Shown here piece after piece: positions 21,555 to 32,788 of a DNA stretch of 64,000 nt. The notes beneath the pieces were generated by a model that did no database searches, was not told the DNA's origin, and saw only the letters and a program-made list of their open reading frames with translations. The translations under genes were made by a program, and so were the position numbers. Numbering within the stretch: position 1 is the stretch's first letter; each line of letters starts with the position of its first letter. The DNA comes from Candidatus Bathyarchaeota archaeon (GTDB lineage: Archaea > Thermoproteota > Bathyarchaeia > Bathyarchaeales > Bathycorpusculaceae), in NCBI GenBank assembly GCA_963720565.1, contig CAVRFW010000012.1, positions 1 through 64,000 of the forward strand. The letters are read 5' to 3'.

Positions 21555-22106
21555 CTACGATTTGTTTTTAAGTTTTTCTTCCAGCTCGAGCTCCCCTGTA
21601 TCCACGAAAGTTTCGGGGGTCCAAGCTTTTACGAAACGCCCTGTCTTTGGATCTCGATAGCGCTGGAGAGTTTTGAATTTAGGCTGTTCTATCTTCAGGG
21701 CGCTAGCCATTAGATCATTGCTCCTAGCGAGCAGCAACACATTCATGTTCTCAGCTTGATCTTCAAGATTGAACAGCACTTGATAATTACCCGCTATCGC
21801 GCTATCGGTCTCGATGTTTTCAGAGTTTGCTTGAACGGGCAACTGAATATGTGGCCCTTCTACAATAATGTCTGCTTTGGTAGTCTTTTGATTTTCCATT
21901 CCGAGATATTCAAAGCCGATTATTATGCATGCGATAGACGATGCCGCTGCTGAAACAACAAACAAAGGAAAAGAGGTAGAAGTTGGAAACTGGATTGGGT
22001 TAGCCCAAGTACCATTGGGAAAACATACAGACCAGATTATGGCTATCCACATGCTAAATGAAAACAAAAAAAGGGCAGATGCCACTTTTGTCTTGGTGGA
22101 AGCCAT
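21555..22106 (-). CDS. Hypothetical two-TM membrane protein
   Basis: Two hydrophobic segments; C-terminal RYRDPKTGRFVK. Confidence 0.65.
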   Translation of the reverse strand: MASTKTKVASALFLFSFSMWIAIIWSVCFPNGTWANPIQFPTSTSFPLFVVSAAASSIACIIIGFEYLGMENQKTTKADIIVEGPHIQLPVQANSENIETDSAIAGNYQVLFNLEDQAENMNVLLLARSNDLMASALKIEQPKFKTLQRYRDPKTGRFVKAWTPETFVDTGELELEEKLKNKS

Positions 22107-22118
22107 ATTTCCATCTCA

Positions 22119-22634
22119 TTAAGCGCTTTCTGCTGTAACAACAATTGTTGCCATTGCGGATTGATCCGAACTAACGAGTTTGGCTGTGGTTTCAAGTTCA
22201 AAGTCGAAAACCCATAATCCAGCTGCATCCAGCGTTATCGAACCAGAATCAGGGGTGGCTATTGTAAGGGTCGCTGCTGTTTCTCCGATAGAGTGGGTTG
22301 AGCCTGATGGAACATTTGCGTATTTGACTGTTAATGTGTACGTTGTGTACAATGTGTCAAGAGTTTGTATGTCACTGTTTAAGTGCAAGTGTACGTTGGC
22401 TTTTGTGGTTGATACGCTGATGGCTCCACCCAAATTAGGTACCTCAGCTTTTGTGTAGAGCTTGGTTTCTCCTTCTTCAAGGTTGCCCAAAGAAAAGTTC
22501 TTCAAATTGATGGTCGCTATGTTAATGATGGTCTGGCTTGCTGTTTGTTGCGCTGATTCATAAACGATTGCTGAAACTGACATTATCACTACGCTCAGAA
22601 GCACGAAGGCAAAACCTGCAATCTTCTTTTTCAT
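22119..22634 (-). CDS. Secreted beta-rich protein, possible filament subunit
   Basis: MKKK signal peptide ending VSA; Thr/Ser-rich beta-strand pattern; no membrane anchor. Confidence 0.7.
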   Translation of the reverse strand: MKKKIAGFAFVLLSVVIMSVSAIVYESAQQTASQTIINIATINLKNFSLGNLEEGETKLYTKAEVPNLGGAISVSTTKANVHLHLNSDIQTLDTLYTTYTLTVKYANVPSGSTHSIGETAATLTIATPDSGSITLDAAGLWVFDFELETTAKLVSSDQSAMATIVVTAESA

Positions 22635-22746
22635 ATTCTCATCCAAATTGAGACGTGGAGGTTAAGACTAAAAAAGTCTGCTCACTGAGAATCTTTATTC
22701 AAAATTCACTTGATTAATATTCGGGTTGTCGCTTTCTTTCGATTAT

Positions 22747-23659
22747 ATGCGAAGAAAAATCGTTCTGAGAATAGCGATGTTTGCGATTGGAGCGCTATTG
22801 GTTCTGCCAGTCTATGCTTTCATCTACAATCAAGGAACGCACCAAGTTTCTCAAACGATAGTGAATGTTTTCAGCGGTGTTGAGGTGGTCCAGGTGACTG
22901 GTTCAGTCCCAAACGAAATGGATAGAAGCCAACTTGGCTTTTTCGGCGGTATTTTTTGGAATCCAACGGACTCTGTATATCAAATTACAAGAATCGAGTT
23001 CGACGCTTCATCAGCTAATAGACAAGTGTTCAGTGGAATTTCACAAGGTTCCGGAGTATCGTATCCCACGTCAGGATGGATCCTTTCTGGAAGCAGAATG
23101 GTCTCTTTAGTAACTTTGATTAACGTACAGCCGCACTCTGTTCAGGAGTTCTATGTAAAAATAAGAGGTAACAGCATTGCAGCCGCTTTCCAAATTGATG
23201 TGAAAGTAACGGCTAACGGCACCGTATACCACCAACCATATCAAACCAGACAATCAAGCAGAGATGTCCCGTTTTCTGTGCTTTGGCTCGGCACTGGTCC
23301 TTCACCTCAATTTGGTACCTCCGTCGCGATAGGAAAGGAAATAACTTTCCGTGTCTCACTCCACGAAGATTCCGGCAGAGCAACAATAAGAGCTAATGGA
23401 ATATTGACAATCCAATTGCCCCAAGAATTCACAAATATCCAGAGACATAGGAGGAACGGGCTGGGGACCAGCTACAATTAATGGCAACGTGATAGAAGTA
23501 AGCAACACGTTATCTTTAAGGGAGTCATATCTGACCTACGCGTTCAAGGCTACAGCCCCAAATTATAAAGGCTTATACTTGTGCAACGCTTCATTCAGCG
23601 GGACACCGAATGAGCATCCGATCGCCAACTTCTCTGTCTCGGTAACCGATGGAGTATAA
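22747..23659 (+). CDS. Secreted beta-rich protein (frameshift near 23443)
   Basis: Signal peptide ending VYA; removing one base extends the frame DIGGTGWG..VSVTDGV* to 23659. Confidence 0.7.
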
Positions 23660-23706
23660 TTTACCCGGGCTAACAGATCTATTCCTGATCTTGATGTTTC
23701 TAATGG

Positions 23707-24324
23707 TTAGGAATTAGGGGAAGGGTTTCTTTGAGAGTTTGCCTTGGTTCGGAGAATAAGGTGCGCCAGCACTATCAACACTGCACTAATGGTTATTCCT
23801 GTCGTAATGACGGTGATAGTAGGGTTGTCGGTTTCAGCTATAAAAGCGATGGCAATAGCTGCCAATAAGACTGCGACGTAGAGGCTTGCTTTTTTGCTAA
23901 TGAATTCGTGAAATTCCTCAAATATTTTATGGCGATATCTGCCAAGGAGAATTAGGACAGACACAAAAGCTAGGAGAATAATAAAGAAGGTCCAGGTAAT
24001 TCCGTTCCAGTAGTCTCCGAAGGTTAATAGAAGTCCTATTTCGTCGACGATGAGTCCGCCACCTACACCGTAAAGTATTGCTGCCAGCATATCGATCTCT
24101 TTGTGGTTGTAGTTTATTCCAAGCCAACCCCCCGCCGCGAGGAGAGCTATACCGAACCAGAAGTGGTGAATGTGGAGCCCTCCACTGACCAATACAAGAT
24201 ACGGAAAAGCATAGGTGAAGGCTCTCGCCACGATAAATGATAATGTGAAAGAGACTAGAGCCAGAGTTGCGAGGTGAACCCTCGGTTTAATAGTCTTCGT
24301 CGAGATTAGTTTCAGCCTCATCAA
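23707..24324 (-). CDS. Multi-pass membrane protein with HIHH motif
   Basis: GLHIHHFWFG, YGVGGGLIVDE; about six TM segments. Confidence 0.75.
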   Translation of the reverse strand: MMRLKLISTKTIKPRVHLATLALVSFTLSFIVARAFTYAFPYLVLVSGGLHIHHFWFGIALLAAGGWLGINYNHKEIDMLAAILYGVGGGLIVDEIGLLLTFGDYWNGITWTFFIILLAFVSVLILLGRYRHKIFEEFHEFISKKASLYVAVLLAAIAIAFIAETDNPTITVITTGITISAVLIVLAHLILRTKANSQRNPSPNS

Positions 24325-24678
24325 TTACACGCTACAGTCTCTATAAAAGTTTAAGGTAATCCTGCATAATGGTTCTTTTCGTTTACTTCGAATTCAGTTT
24401 TTCAGCTTGCCTACGAGTTCCCTCGTCTATGTTGACTAGTAATTCATAAAGCCTAATAAAACAAGACGCCGAACGAGAAATCATGTGCATCTTACCAAAC
24501 TTTGTAGCTAATGACCTAACGGAAATAGTACACGAAGAGAAAAAGTTGAAGAGACAATCAAAAACGCAAAATTTGAAGATTACCATAGCCGAACATCCAC
24601 TAATAGAAGCATAGGATCTGCTTTTCCGGTCTGGGCTACAATAAGAAACTATTTAAACGCTACCCACAGTCTCCCTGT

Positions 24679-25239
24679 ATGGCCTGTCATGGCGGATTTT
24701 CTCTAGACGAGTCAATCAGGCGAAAGTGGTACAATCCAGAATCCATACTCAAAGATGCAGGTTTGAAGGCTAACATGGTGTTTATGGATGTTGGATGCGG
24801 TGACGGATTTTTCTCTATGTTAGCTTCAGAGATCGTTGGTCCGGGTGGCAGGATATATGCGCTGGATATTGATGCTTCAGCAATTGAAAGGTTGAAACGT
24901 CAAGCTGCAGATTTAGGATTAACCAACATCAGGGCTACCGCTGGATCAGCAGAAGAAACCGTGTTTTGCATCAGATGTGCTGATGTTATATTTTTCAGTA
25001 TGGTACTTCATGACTTTAGCAACCCGGAAAAAGTTCTTCTGAATTCTAAGAAAATGCTTAAACATACTGGTGTCTTGGTGAATTTGGATTGGAAAAAGGA
25101 GCGGATGAGTTTTGGACCGCCAATGCACATACGTTTCAGCGAAAACAAAGCTGCAGAACTCCTTAAACAAGCAGGCTTCACTGTTGCAGGTATCAAAGAG
25201 GCAGGGCCGCACCACTACGTTGTTACGGCAAAACCATAG
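24679..25239 (+). CDS. Class I SAM-dependent methyltransferase
   Basis: MDVGCGDG motif I, LHD, GPP. Confidence 0.9.
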   Translation: MACHGGFSLDESIRRKWYNPESILKDAGLKANMVFMDVGCGDGFFSMLASEIVGPGGRIYALDIDASAIERLKRQAADLGLTNIRATAGSAEETVFCIRCADVIFFSMVLHDFSNPEKVLLNSKKMLKHTGVLVNLDWKKERMSFGPPMHIRFSENKAAELLKQAGFTVAGIKEAGPHHYVVTAKP

Positions 25240-25450
25240 TTTGCAGCAAATCGAGATACCGCAAATTTGGTAACCTGATTGAACTACTGAGGACAGCATG
25301 AGCGTCTCTGGAACTGCCGACTGTCTTGGTTTTTCATTGTATATGTTGAGTTTCTTTGAAACTATTTTAAGCCATAGTTGGTGTGGGAAGCTTCAGGTAA
25401 TGGGTTTTAAATATAGAAAAGCATAATATCAGGAGTCGAGGGCGTCAGAG

Positions 25451-27250
25451 TTGAACATGCTGATTTTTTTTATCATTTGGGCGATTATATGGTATGTTCC
25501 AATACCGCCTGCAAGATTCAAGCCCCTGTCGTCTCGCCGTTTGCTCCTGCTAGTGATTGGGCTATTTCTTTTCGGAATGAATGTCTTAGCTGCTACGCCG
25601 CTGAGCTTGTTTGTGTATTTTCTCATTTTTTCTAGGTTGTTTGTGGCGATTGGTGAAATTCTTGTCTCCGCAAGTCCATTTGCATTTGAGCAAGTTGAGA
25701 AAAACTTCCGGTTAGGTCAATTTCCCAGTTTACACATCAGCCTCAATAAGAAAAGAAACATTTTGGGAGCCGTTCTGGTAGCGATTTTTCTGGTTTCACT
25801 TTTGGGAATGATTGTCTTCAACGAGGCCCAGCGCGTGTCAAACGCGAGTTACTTCAACAGTTTTATTCAGCAGAGTTCAGATTTACCCTTCAGCAGCACT
25901 ATCCCTGATAATATGGTGCGTTTAGTAACAGAGGAACTTGCGGTTTCAATTGCGAGGCGGCACATGTCAGAGTTCGGCAGCAACACCCAAGTCCTTGATT
26001 GCCATATAACGAAGTCACCCGAGGGCAGACTGGTTTGGGTGGCCGCGATTGGTTCGACGAACATTATTGCAGAAAACTATGTTAAGGGTTTTGTGGTTGT
26101 AGATGCGAATGAACCTGCCGCTGCACCGCAGATTGTACACACAGAGTTTAATGTGGGTGTGGGATTATGGTTGGACCGGAATATTCCTTTCCGCAACTAC
26201 ATGGCTGACATCTCAAAAAGTTATGGTGTGTCATACCTAACGTGGAATGCGGGGTCCGCCAATCCGATTTATGTCGTTACTCGATACGAGTTCGGGTTTG
26301 ATTTGGTAAGACGGTATGCGCCTCCTTTAGCCTATGACTCACAAGGCGTATTGGTGAATGAGCCAAGAGATAGGGCTGAGATTCCTGACTGGATGAGCCA
26401 AGTTTATGATGAAGTCTGGATAGAAGTCATGATAAATGAGATGGGAGGCTTGAGAAGGTCAGGAGGTTTTGATTATTTTGCCGGGGGATTTCTATGGATA
26501 GTTGCACCAAGCCGAGACCGGTTTGAAATGACTGAAGACACGCGCTACATAGTCGATCCTAAGACTGAAGAAGTTGTAGCGTTAATGTGTGTTAATCCTG
26601 TCGGAAATCAAAGGACGCTTTCCGGAGTTTTCAAAGCGACGCGTGAAGGCGTGGTTTTCCACGATTTCAAAACTCTCAACTATGTTTCCGGTATGACCGC
26701 AGAGGACTTGATTGAGGGAAGGCTGCCGAAGCCTGCTACAGGAAACTATTACGCAGTAATGCCTTTGCTCTACGGCGTAGAGGTCGCACCTGGGAATTTT
26801 AGATTAGGATGGTATGTTCCAGTTTATTGGTATGAAGACAGTGGCGAATTCGACGATGACGAGACGGTTTACTTGGCAGGTTTTGCAATAGTTGACGCGC
26901 AGGACACAAACAAGATTGCTTTGACCATAAATGAGGAAGGAATTACAAGTGAACAAATGGTGCAACAGACAAGAATTGACTTTATCAAGCTGTTTGGATC
27001 GGGCGAAGAACCAACCGTTGAACTTACAGCAAATGTACTCAATAGTTATAGTTATGTACAAGATGGTTTGACTCACATAGTTTTACGAATAGACAACACG
27101 ACCTATCCGTGGATTGAGGCAACTCCAACTAGCCTTTCGGTTAACGAATGGAACCAGCTTATGGCAGTCGAGCAGGGTCAGAAGATTTTTGCGTTTATAG
27201 AGAAAAGTGAGGACAAGTGGATTATTTCACAGTTTGAAAACCAAGGCTGA
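25451..27250 (+). CDS. Membrane-anchored hypothetical protein with a large extracytoplasmic domain
   Basis: 599-aa ORF, N-terminal TM bundle, aromatic beta-rich soluble region. Confidence 0.75.
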   Translation: MNMLIFFIIWAIIWYVPIPPARFKPLSSRRLLLLVIGLFLFGMNVLAATPLSLFVYFLIFSRLFVAIGEILVSASPFAFEQVEKNFRLGQFPSLHISLNKKRNILGAVLVAIFLVSLLGMIVFNEAQRVSNASYFNSFIQQSSDLPFSSTIPDNMVRLVTEELAVSIARRHMSEFGSNTQVLDCHITKSPEGRLVWVAAIGSTNIIAENYVKGFVVVDANEPAAAPQIVHTEFNVGVGLWLDRNIPFRNYMADISKSYGVSYLTWNAGSANPIYVVTRYEFGFDLVRRYAPPLAYDSQGVLVNEPRDRAEIPDWMSQVYDEVWIEVMINEMGGLRRSGGFDYFAGGFLWIVAPSRDRFEMTEDTRYIVDPKTEEVVALMCVNPVGNQRTLSGVFKATREGVVFHDFKTLNYVSGMTAEDLIEGRLPKPATGNYYAVMPLLYGVEVAPGNFRLGWYVPVYWYEDSGEFDDDETVYLAGFAIVDAQDTNKIALTINEEGITSEQMVQQTRIDFIKLFGSGEEPTVELTANVLNSYSYVQDGLTHIVLRIDNTTYPWIEATPTSLSVNEWNQLMAVEQGQKIFAFIEKSEDKWIISQFENQG

Positions 27251-27338
27251 GTCAACGTTGGTTGTGAAGTCAATACAGTCTATAATTAATGGTCTAAGTC
27301 ATTTCGTTGTTGCAGGCCAGAGTTTTGCTTCGAAGGCT

Positions 27339-27917
27339 TCATCTTGCTTTCTGGATTTGACCATGTCTGAAACAAGACGTTAAATGGTCGTTAACCATTC
27401 CGACAGCTTGCATAAATGCGTAGCAGATTGTCGGCCCAACGAATTTGAACCCTTGTTTTTTCAGTTCTTTGCTCATGGTACATGATTCTTCTGTTTGCGG
27501 AGTCATCTCTGACATTGATTGGAAGCCATGATCTATAGGTTTCCCATTTACGAATTGCCAAATGAACTTGTCGAAGCTGCCAAGTTCATTTTGAATTCGG
27601 AGGAAAATTTGAGCGTTGTTTATTGTTGCGCTTACTTTTGCCCTATTTCGTATGACGGCTGGATTCCTGAGTATGTTCTCCATATCTTTAGTAGTATATT
27701 TTGCTACAACTTTCGGGCTAAAGTCTGCAAAGGCTTTATTGAGGGCTTCTCTTCGTTTAAGTATTAGCTCCCAAGTCAGACCTGCTTGAAAACCTTCAAG
27801 GCTGAGCATTTCGAATAGTTTTTGATCATCGTGAACTGGTACACCCCATTCTTCATCGTGATATCTGAGGTACAGTGGATTCTGGGTGCTCCAGCACCGA
27901 TTCGGATTGGATTCCAT
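27339..27917 (-). CDS. tag: DNA-3-methyladenine glycosylase I
   Basis: YHDEEWG, LEGFQAGLTW, IRNRAK, FVGPTICYAFMQAVG, NDH..C. Confidence 0.95.
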   Translation of the reverse strand: MESNPNRCWSTQNPLYLRYHDEEWGVPVHDDQKLFEMLSLEGFQAGLTWELILKRREALNKAFADFSPKVVAKYTTKDMENILRNPAVIRNRAKVSATINNAQIFLRIQNELGSFDKFIWQFVNGKPIDHGFQSMSEMTPQTEESCTMSKELKKQGFKFVGPTICYAFMQAVGMVNDHLTSCFRHGQIQKAR

Positions 27918-28117
27918 AGTGTTAAGATTAGACTCTAGAATTTAAAATCTGTTGAGATCTTTAGAGTGCCTCATTTTCCTAATCGCAAATCTTTGAATCT
28001 TGAAAAGCCATGCAAATTGTCACAGCGTCGGCAAGGATTTCTTGTTCCGAATTCACACAAAAAAGTCTTATATTACTATTCGCTGCTTGAATGCAAGTTG
28101 GTCAGAGGAGAGACAAT

Positions 28118-28571
28118 ATGGGTTTCTGTGAAGAAGATGGCTTTGTCCCTTCAGCCCTATACAACTAGATTTCTAATTCAGTTCCTATCGTCTCGGTCGA
28201 AACTTTAGTTGTCATAGATGGTTCATTGCTTTTCTTGAGGAGAAACAATCATCCTGCTAAGGGACAGTGGTGGTTTCCCGGAGGCAGGATACGTAAAGGA
28301 GAGCTCCCTCAAAGAAGCCTGTACTAGAGAAGTCAGGGAAGAAACAAACCTTGAAATCAACTCAATCAAACTCATCGGTGTCTATTCACGGGTTTTTCCA
28401 GAAAGGCACGACATAACTATCGCGTACTTATGCAGATGCAAAAAAGGTAAAATAGCAATCAACAATGAACACTCTGAATATTCACTTTTCAAGACGATGC
28501 CAAAAGGTTTGCATCATTACCTTGTTGAAACCGTAAAGGATTCATTGTGGGAAAAGCAATTAACCACTTAG
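28118..28571 (+). pseudogene. NUDIX hydrolase (GDP-mannose hydrolase-like), interrupted
   Basis: RRNNHPAKGQWWFPGGRIRKGE..REVREET; in-frame TAG at 28166 and +1 shift near 28304; absent from the ORF track. Confidence 0.8.
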
Positions 28572-28610
28572 AAATTGCGCCGCAAAAATACTCTCTGCGA
28601 TATTAGGGTA

Positions 28611-30193
28611 CTACAATTCAACTGCAATTATTCTTTCTAGCATGTTCAATATTTTGACGAAAACTCCACCCAATGGCCAAGTTCGCTGACCATGATTCTC
28701 AAGTTGTTTATATCAGATCGTGTAATAGCTCGGGTCAATACTAATGCGGGGATAAGAACCAGAACGAAGATTAGCACACCGAGTATTAGTTGTATCCAGC
28801 TTGAAAAAGCCATTTGCGAAACTAAGAAGTATGTAATGCCTGCGGTTACAGAGGAGGAAATGAGGATTTTCGCTGACGAGATCCAATCCACAGTCAAGTC
28901 GTAGTATTTCTTTAGCCAGTACAAGGTTAGAATGAGGCTTGGAACTCCAACTGTAAGCGTTGCGATGATTAAGCCCACAACTCCATACTCCATGATTAGA
29001 ACTGGCCCAACTGGAAATCCTATGCCTGTTGAGATAATGGCGAGTATGAGGATAAGTTTGGTTTGTCCTTGGCTGCTAAAAAGGTTGCCTATGCTGAGGT
29101 TTCCAACTAGCTGTGTACAGATAAGTAACCGTGAGCAAAGCCAGAAACAATGGTGCGGTTTGGTATGTCGTGCCAAATAGTGTGGAAACAGCTGGTCCAG
29201 ACAAAGCCATTACAAGGTATGCTACTGGAACTACAAGCAGCGAGGCGTATTTGACTGAGTATTGAAATACGTTTTTCAGTGTTTCTTTATCTCTTTGAGC
29301 ATTGAGTTTTGAGAAAGCGGGAAACAGCATGGTTGTTATTGGAGTGGCGAAGAAGCCTATCAGAACTACAAAGTTTTGGGCTATTCTCAGGTTTCCGATA
29401 ACGGAGTTGTCGTGTCTCGTATATGGGCAGTATGAATCCGTAGTATTGTGTCAGAAAGCCGGCAATTATTGCGGACGATGACAAGGGTACTCCATACTTG
29501 AGCATTTCTATAAGGTATGCTTTCATTTCCAGTTTGAGCGTGGCTGGTTTGGGTAGGCCTCTGTACACAATCCATATGAACAAGCATGCCAACTATTCCA
29601 GCTATTATTGCGGACACGGTGAAACCTGTGACGGCTCCTGTTGTGCCTAAGCCCAGGAGCACAAGCGCTATCATGAGAGCGGTCTTAACTGTTGCCTCGA
29701 CAGATGAGCACTATGCTGTTTAGCTCCATTCTGTCCGTTCCGGTAAATACGGCAGTGGCTGTGCTGATTAGAGCACTGGCGAGGATTGAGAACGAAGCTA
29801 TTCGAATAAGTGGAGTTATTGTAGGACGATTGAAAACGCTTATTGGCCAAATAGTCTGAGAGCAGAAATGAAACAACGCTGAGCACTAGTCCCATAACTA
29901 TCTCGAAAACCAGACCAGTCACGATGACGCTCCTTATTTCTTCAGCCCGGTTTTCTGTCCTGTATTGAGCTCGAATACCGAATCATTGCTGAGGTTATAC
30001 CCCAGTCCCTGAAAATCGTTATCAGACTTGGAGCTGCGAGCGCAATACCGTACAAACCGTACAGTTCTGACCCCAACAATCGAGCTATGAAAATTGAGCC
30101 TACAGCTGAGATAACCGTTGAGACTACCAGACCCCATAAGACATGGAAGCTGCCTTTAGCTGAAACCTTGCCAATATCTGCAGCCTTATTCAT
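28611..30193 (-). pseudogene. Oligosaccharide flippase (Wzx/MOP family), multiply frameshifted
   Basis: Consecutive fragments: SAKGSF..ARLLGSELYGLY, LKYGVPL, LFPAFSKL, YGVVGLI. Confidence 0.85.
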
Positions 30194-30353
30194 CTGTCAA
30201 TTTCCTCAACGTGTTCTTATCGATGTTGATTTTGAAAGGTTTATTGTTTGTGGTTAGTAAAAAACGAGTCCGAATTATTTACGCAAGAAAACGCGTCAAC
30301 TTTTCGCTTCAGGAGCAGGCATGTATTTATTGAATTTGGGGTAAAATTTAAGA

Positions 30354-30969
30354 GTGGTGCTTAATGTACAATTCGATTGTGATTTAAGTTTGGATCTGTC
30401 GTCCTTAAGCGGTTTCGACTTTTCGGTTCTTGTTGGATGGGCTCCGTGGATCTTGATTTTAGGCGGAGTAATAGCGGCTTCAAAGTTGCTAACGATGTTC
30501 ATTAGGGGTTTTGCGGGTAAGATTCTCAAGGGTTGGGGGCGGTAGGATTTTTCGCAGGCCTTTTCTTGCTTGTTGCAGGGATAGTAGTTTTGCTAGTGCG
30601 AGGCTGGAGGGGTTGACACTTGGGTTTTGACTTATTCTTACGGGTTTAGGCTTGGCACTAAGGCCTCTGAGCAAAATTCCTCTGGGAGCACTATTTGGTT
30701 TGATTGCGGGCTTGGCATGTGTCGGCCTTTTGTACATTTATTTTCCCTTGTCGTCAACTGTTCTTGGTTTCTCGTCTATGTGGGTTTATCTTGTGGTTTT
30801 TCTTGTTCCGGCTTTGATTGTTTTTCTGGTTTTTAAGTTTGCGGAGGATTTGGCGAGGTTATTCGGTTTGGTATTGGGTTCGTGGCCTGTGCTGACCGTA
30901 TTGGGTTTCTTATGCATCACCCAGGGTGTGCTGCTATTTCTCAACCAGAGTCTTCTCTCACTATTCTAG
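30354..30969 (+). pseudogene. Multi-pass membrane protein, frameshifted
   Basis: Hydrophobic frames 30354..30545 and 30652..30969 are bridged by a third hydrophobic frame (GFFAGLFLLVAGIVVLL). Confidence 0.6.
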
Positions 30970-31142
30970 TGCAAGCGTGCGCTTGCGGCGACGACAGTTT
31001 TTTTAATGCAATCTTTAGCGCAACAATAGAGAAACCTATTAACCAGTAAAAAGTGTTTTCTGGAAATATGTTGATTAATGCCAGTAGACCAGAAGAAACG
31101 TTAAACTAGAAAGGCAAGCAATAAAACATGAGCTGAGCGAAG

Positions 31143-31478
31143 ATGGCTTATCTGCGGAAAGAGAAGGAAACAATAGAAATTGAACAACCCTTATGCACGA
31201 TTTGGAGTGCAATTCAAGAAGCACTTCGAAACATGGACTGGACTATTGAAGAAGTTGACGGCGAGGCTCATCATGCAAAAGCAAAAACAAAATCAACCTT
31301 CATGTCGTATGGCTCAGTAATAATAGTAGATGCTTGTTACGTAGACAAAAAGACAACACGCGTTTCGATCTCAGCTGAAACGCCTGTCACCACGATTACA
31401 TCTGTGTTTGATTTCGGGAGAACGCGAGATAGAATCGACTTGTTCCTCCAGCAATTGTCGAAACAATTGGCAACCTGA
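31143..31478 (+). CDS. Small conserved-looking hypothetical protein
   Basis: 111-aa ORF, alpha/beta pattern, AETPVTTITS..DFG. Confidence 0.7.
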   Translation: MAYLRKEKETIEIEQPLCTIWSAIQEALRNMDWTIEEVDGEAHHAKAKTKSTFMSYGSVIIVDACYVDKKTTRVSISAETPVTTITSVFDFGRTRDRIDLFLQQLSKQLAT

Positions 31479-31575
31479 TTTTTATCAGGTTTTTTAGCAA
31501 CAACATCAAGATTGACATTTGCGACATGTTTGCGTTGAAACGACGATTGCCTCTGTTTGTTTTGAGTTGGGTTGT

Positions 31576-31830
31576 CTATGAGGAGCGTTGTCCGACGGTG
31601 ATGTTTTTCAGGTATTTTTCTATCTCGTTTTCTGCGTTATCGGCTTTTATGAATATGGGTACATTTTCGATTCCAGTAGCTATGTAGCTGGAAAGTAGCC
31701 ATTCTCCCGGTGCAAACTCCAGGGTCTTTTCCAGTATCCCTTTATCTATCATGAGGGTGTCGCTGATTAGAAGTCGATCGTAGGGTCGTGGAGAGTACCC
31801 ACAAAGTATGTGTGAAGCTGTTGGAGCGCG
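31576..31830 (-). pseudogene. C-terminal fragment of a HerA/DUF87-like ATPase
   Basis: [30 protein letters not shown] resembles the HerA C-terminus; no Walker motifs present. Confidence 0.5.
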
Positions 31831-31869
31831 GTCGTGTTCAGATTGGCAATTCGTTGCGTTGATACGCAG

Positions 31870-32155
31870 GCTCCGATGCACCGCCGAAGAAAATCACCAT
31901 GTCAAAAAGCGGTCTTGAGTACATTGTTCCATCAACGCCTGCAAAGGGAACTGAAACGTCTCCGAAGAACTCTTTTGCAGTTTCATATGCCGTTTTTAAG
32001 TCAAAGTTTATTCGTACAAAGTCTGCAAGAAACTCTTCATAGAGGTTTTTTATGTTTGAGAACTTTTGTTCGCAGTCTGTGACTTGTTTGAACGCACCTT
32101 GCCTAAGCGTATTACCTGTCCTTTTCATCGTATTACTTAGTCTAGATACCGTCAC
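31870..32155 (-). pseudogene. N-terminal fragment of a NurA-like nuclease
   Basis: [23 protein letters not shown] (NurA first acidic motif), then the frame degenerates. Confidence 0.6.
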
Positions 32156-32298
32156 ACGATTACCTTTCTTTTATTGAAACTTTTAAAATAAAAAGTGTTA
32201 TTGACACGTAAAAGTTTAAAAAGCTTCATCTTTGGTTGTCAAGGCAAAGAATAAAAATGCGACAAGGTTATCTTGAATCACTTCATGAAAGCGTTGAG

Positions 32299-32382
32299 GC
32301 GGGATTCCCCAAGCCTGGTATGGGGCAGGCCTGCTAAGTCTGTGGTCGAAAGGCCGCGTGGGTTCAAATCCCACATCCCGCG
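32299..32382 (+). tRNA. tRNA-Ser(GCT)
   Basis: Acceptor GCGGGAT/ATCCCGC, anticodon arm CAGGC-CTGCTAA-GTCTG, long variable arm, GGTTCAAATCC T-arm, G discriminator, CCA not encoded. Confidence 0.95.
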
Positions 32383-32788
32383 CTTTTAGCCTATCTTTTG
32401 GCTTTTTCTTGCATTAGTAGGGTTTCAAATGAACTGAAGACATTTTTTCAGGCATTGGTTTCGACCCCCTTCGGGGTTGAGTACCGTAGGACCCGCTGAA
32501 TAGGATTCGCTGCTTTTCGTATGTAATTTAAACGTGAGTGTAAACCCAACATCCACCGATTATGTCCAAGGAACATCTGAACGTTGACAAAATTCTGATG
32601 TTATGACAGAACAGAGTATTAGCAACAAACTTTTAAAAGTCGATTTTCGCTGAGAACTTGATTTTTGAATGGCGAAGAAAAACCTTCCAGAATGGAAGAA
32701 ATTGATAAACTAAGGCGATATGTCAATTCAGAAACGACTCAAGATAGTCAACGAATAGAAGGTCCAGTTTATGCTGAGCAAACGATTT

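Noticed and set aside
28166..28168. In-frame TAG as pyrrolysine or recoding
   Set aside because: TAG ends many normal genes here (trm1, proC, pheS, pheT), and the same gene also has a frameshift
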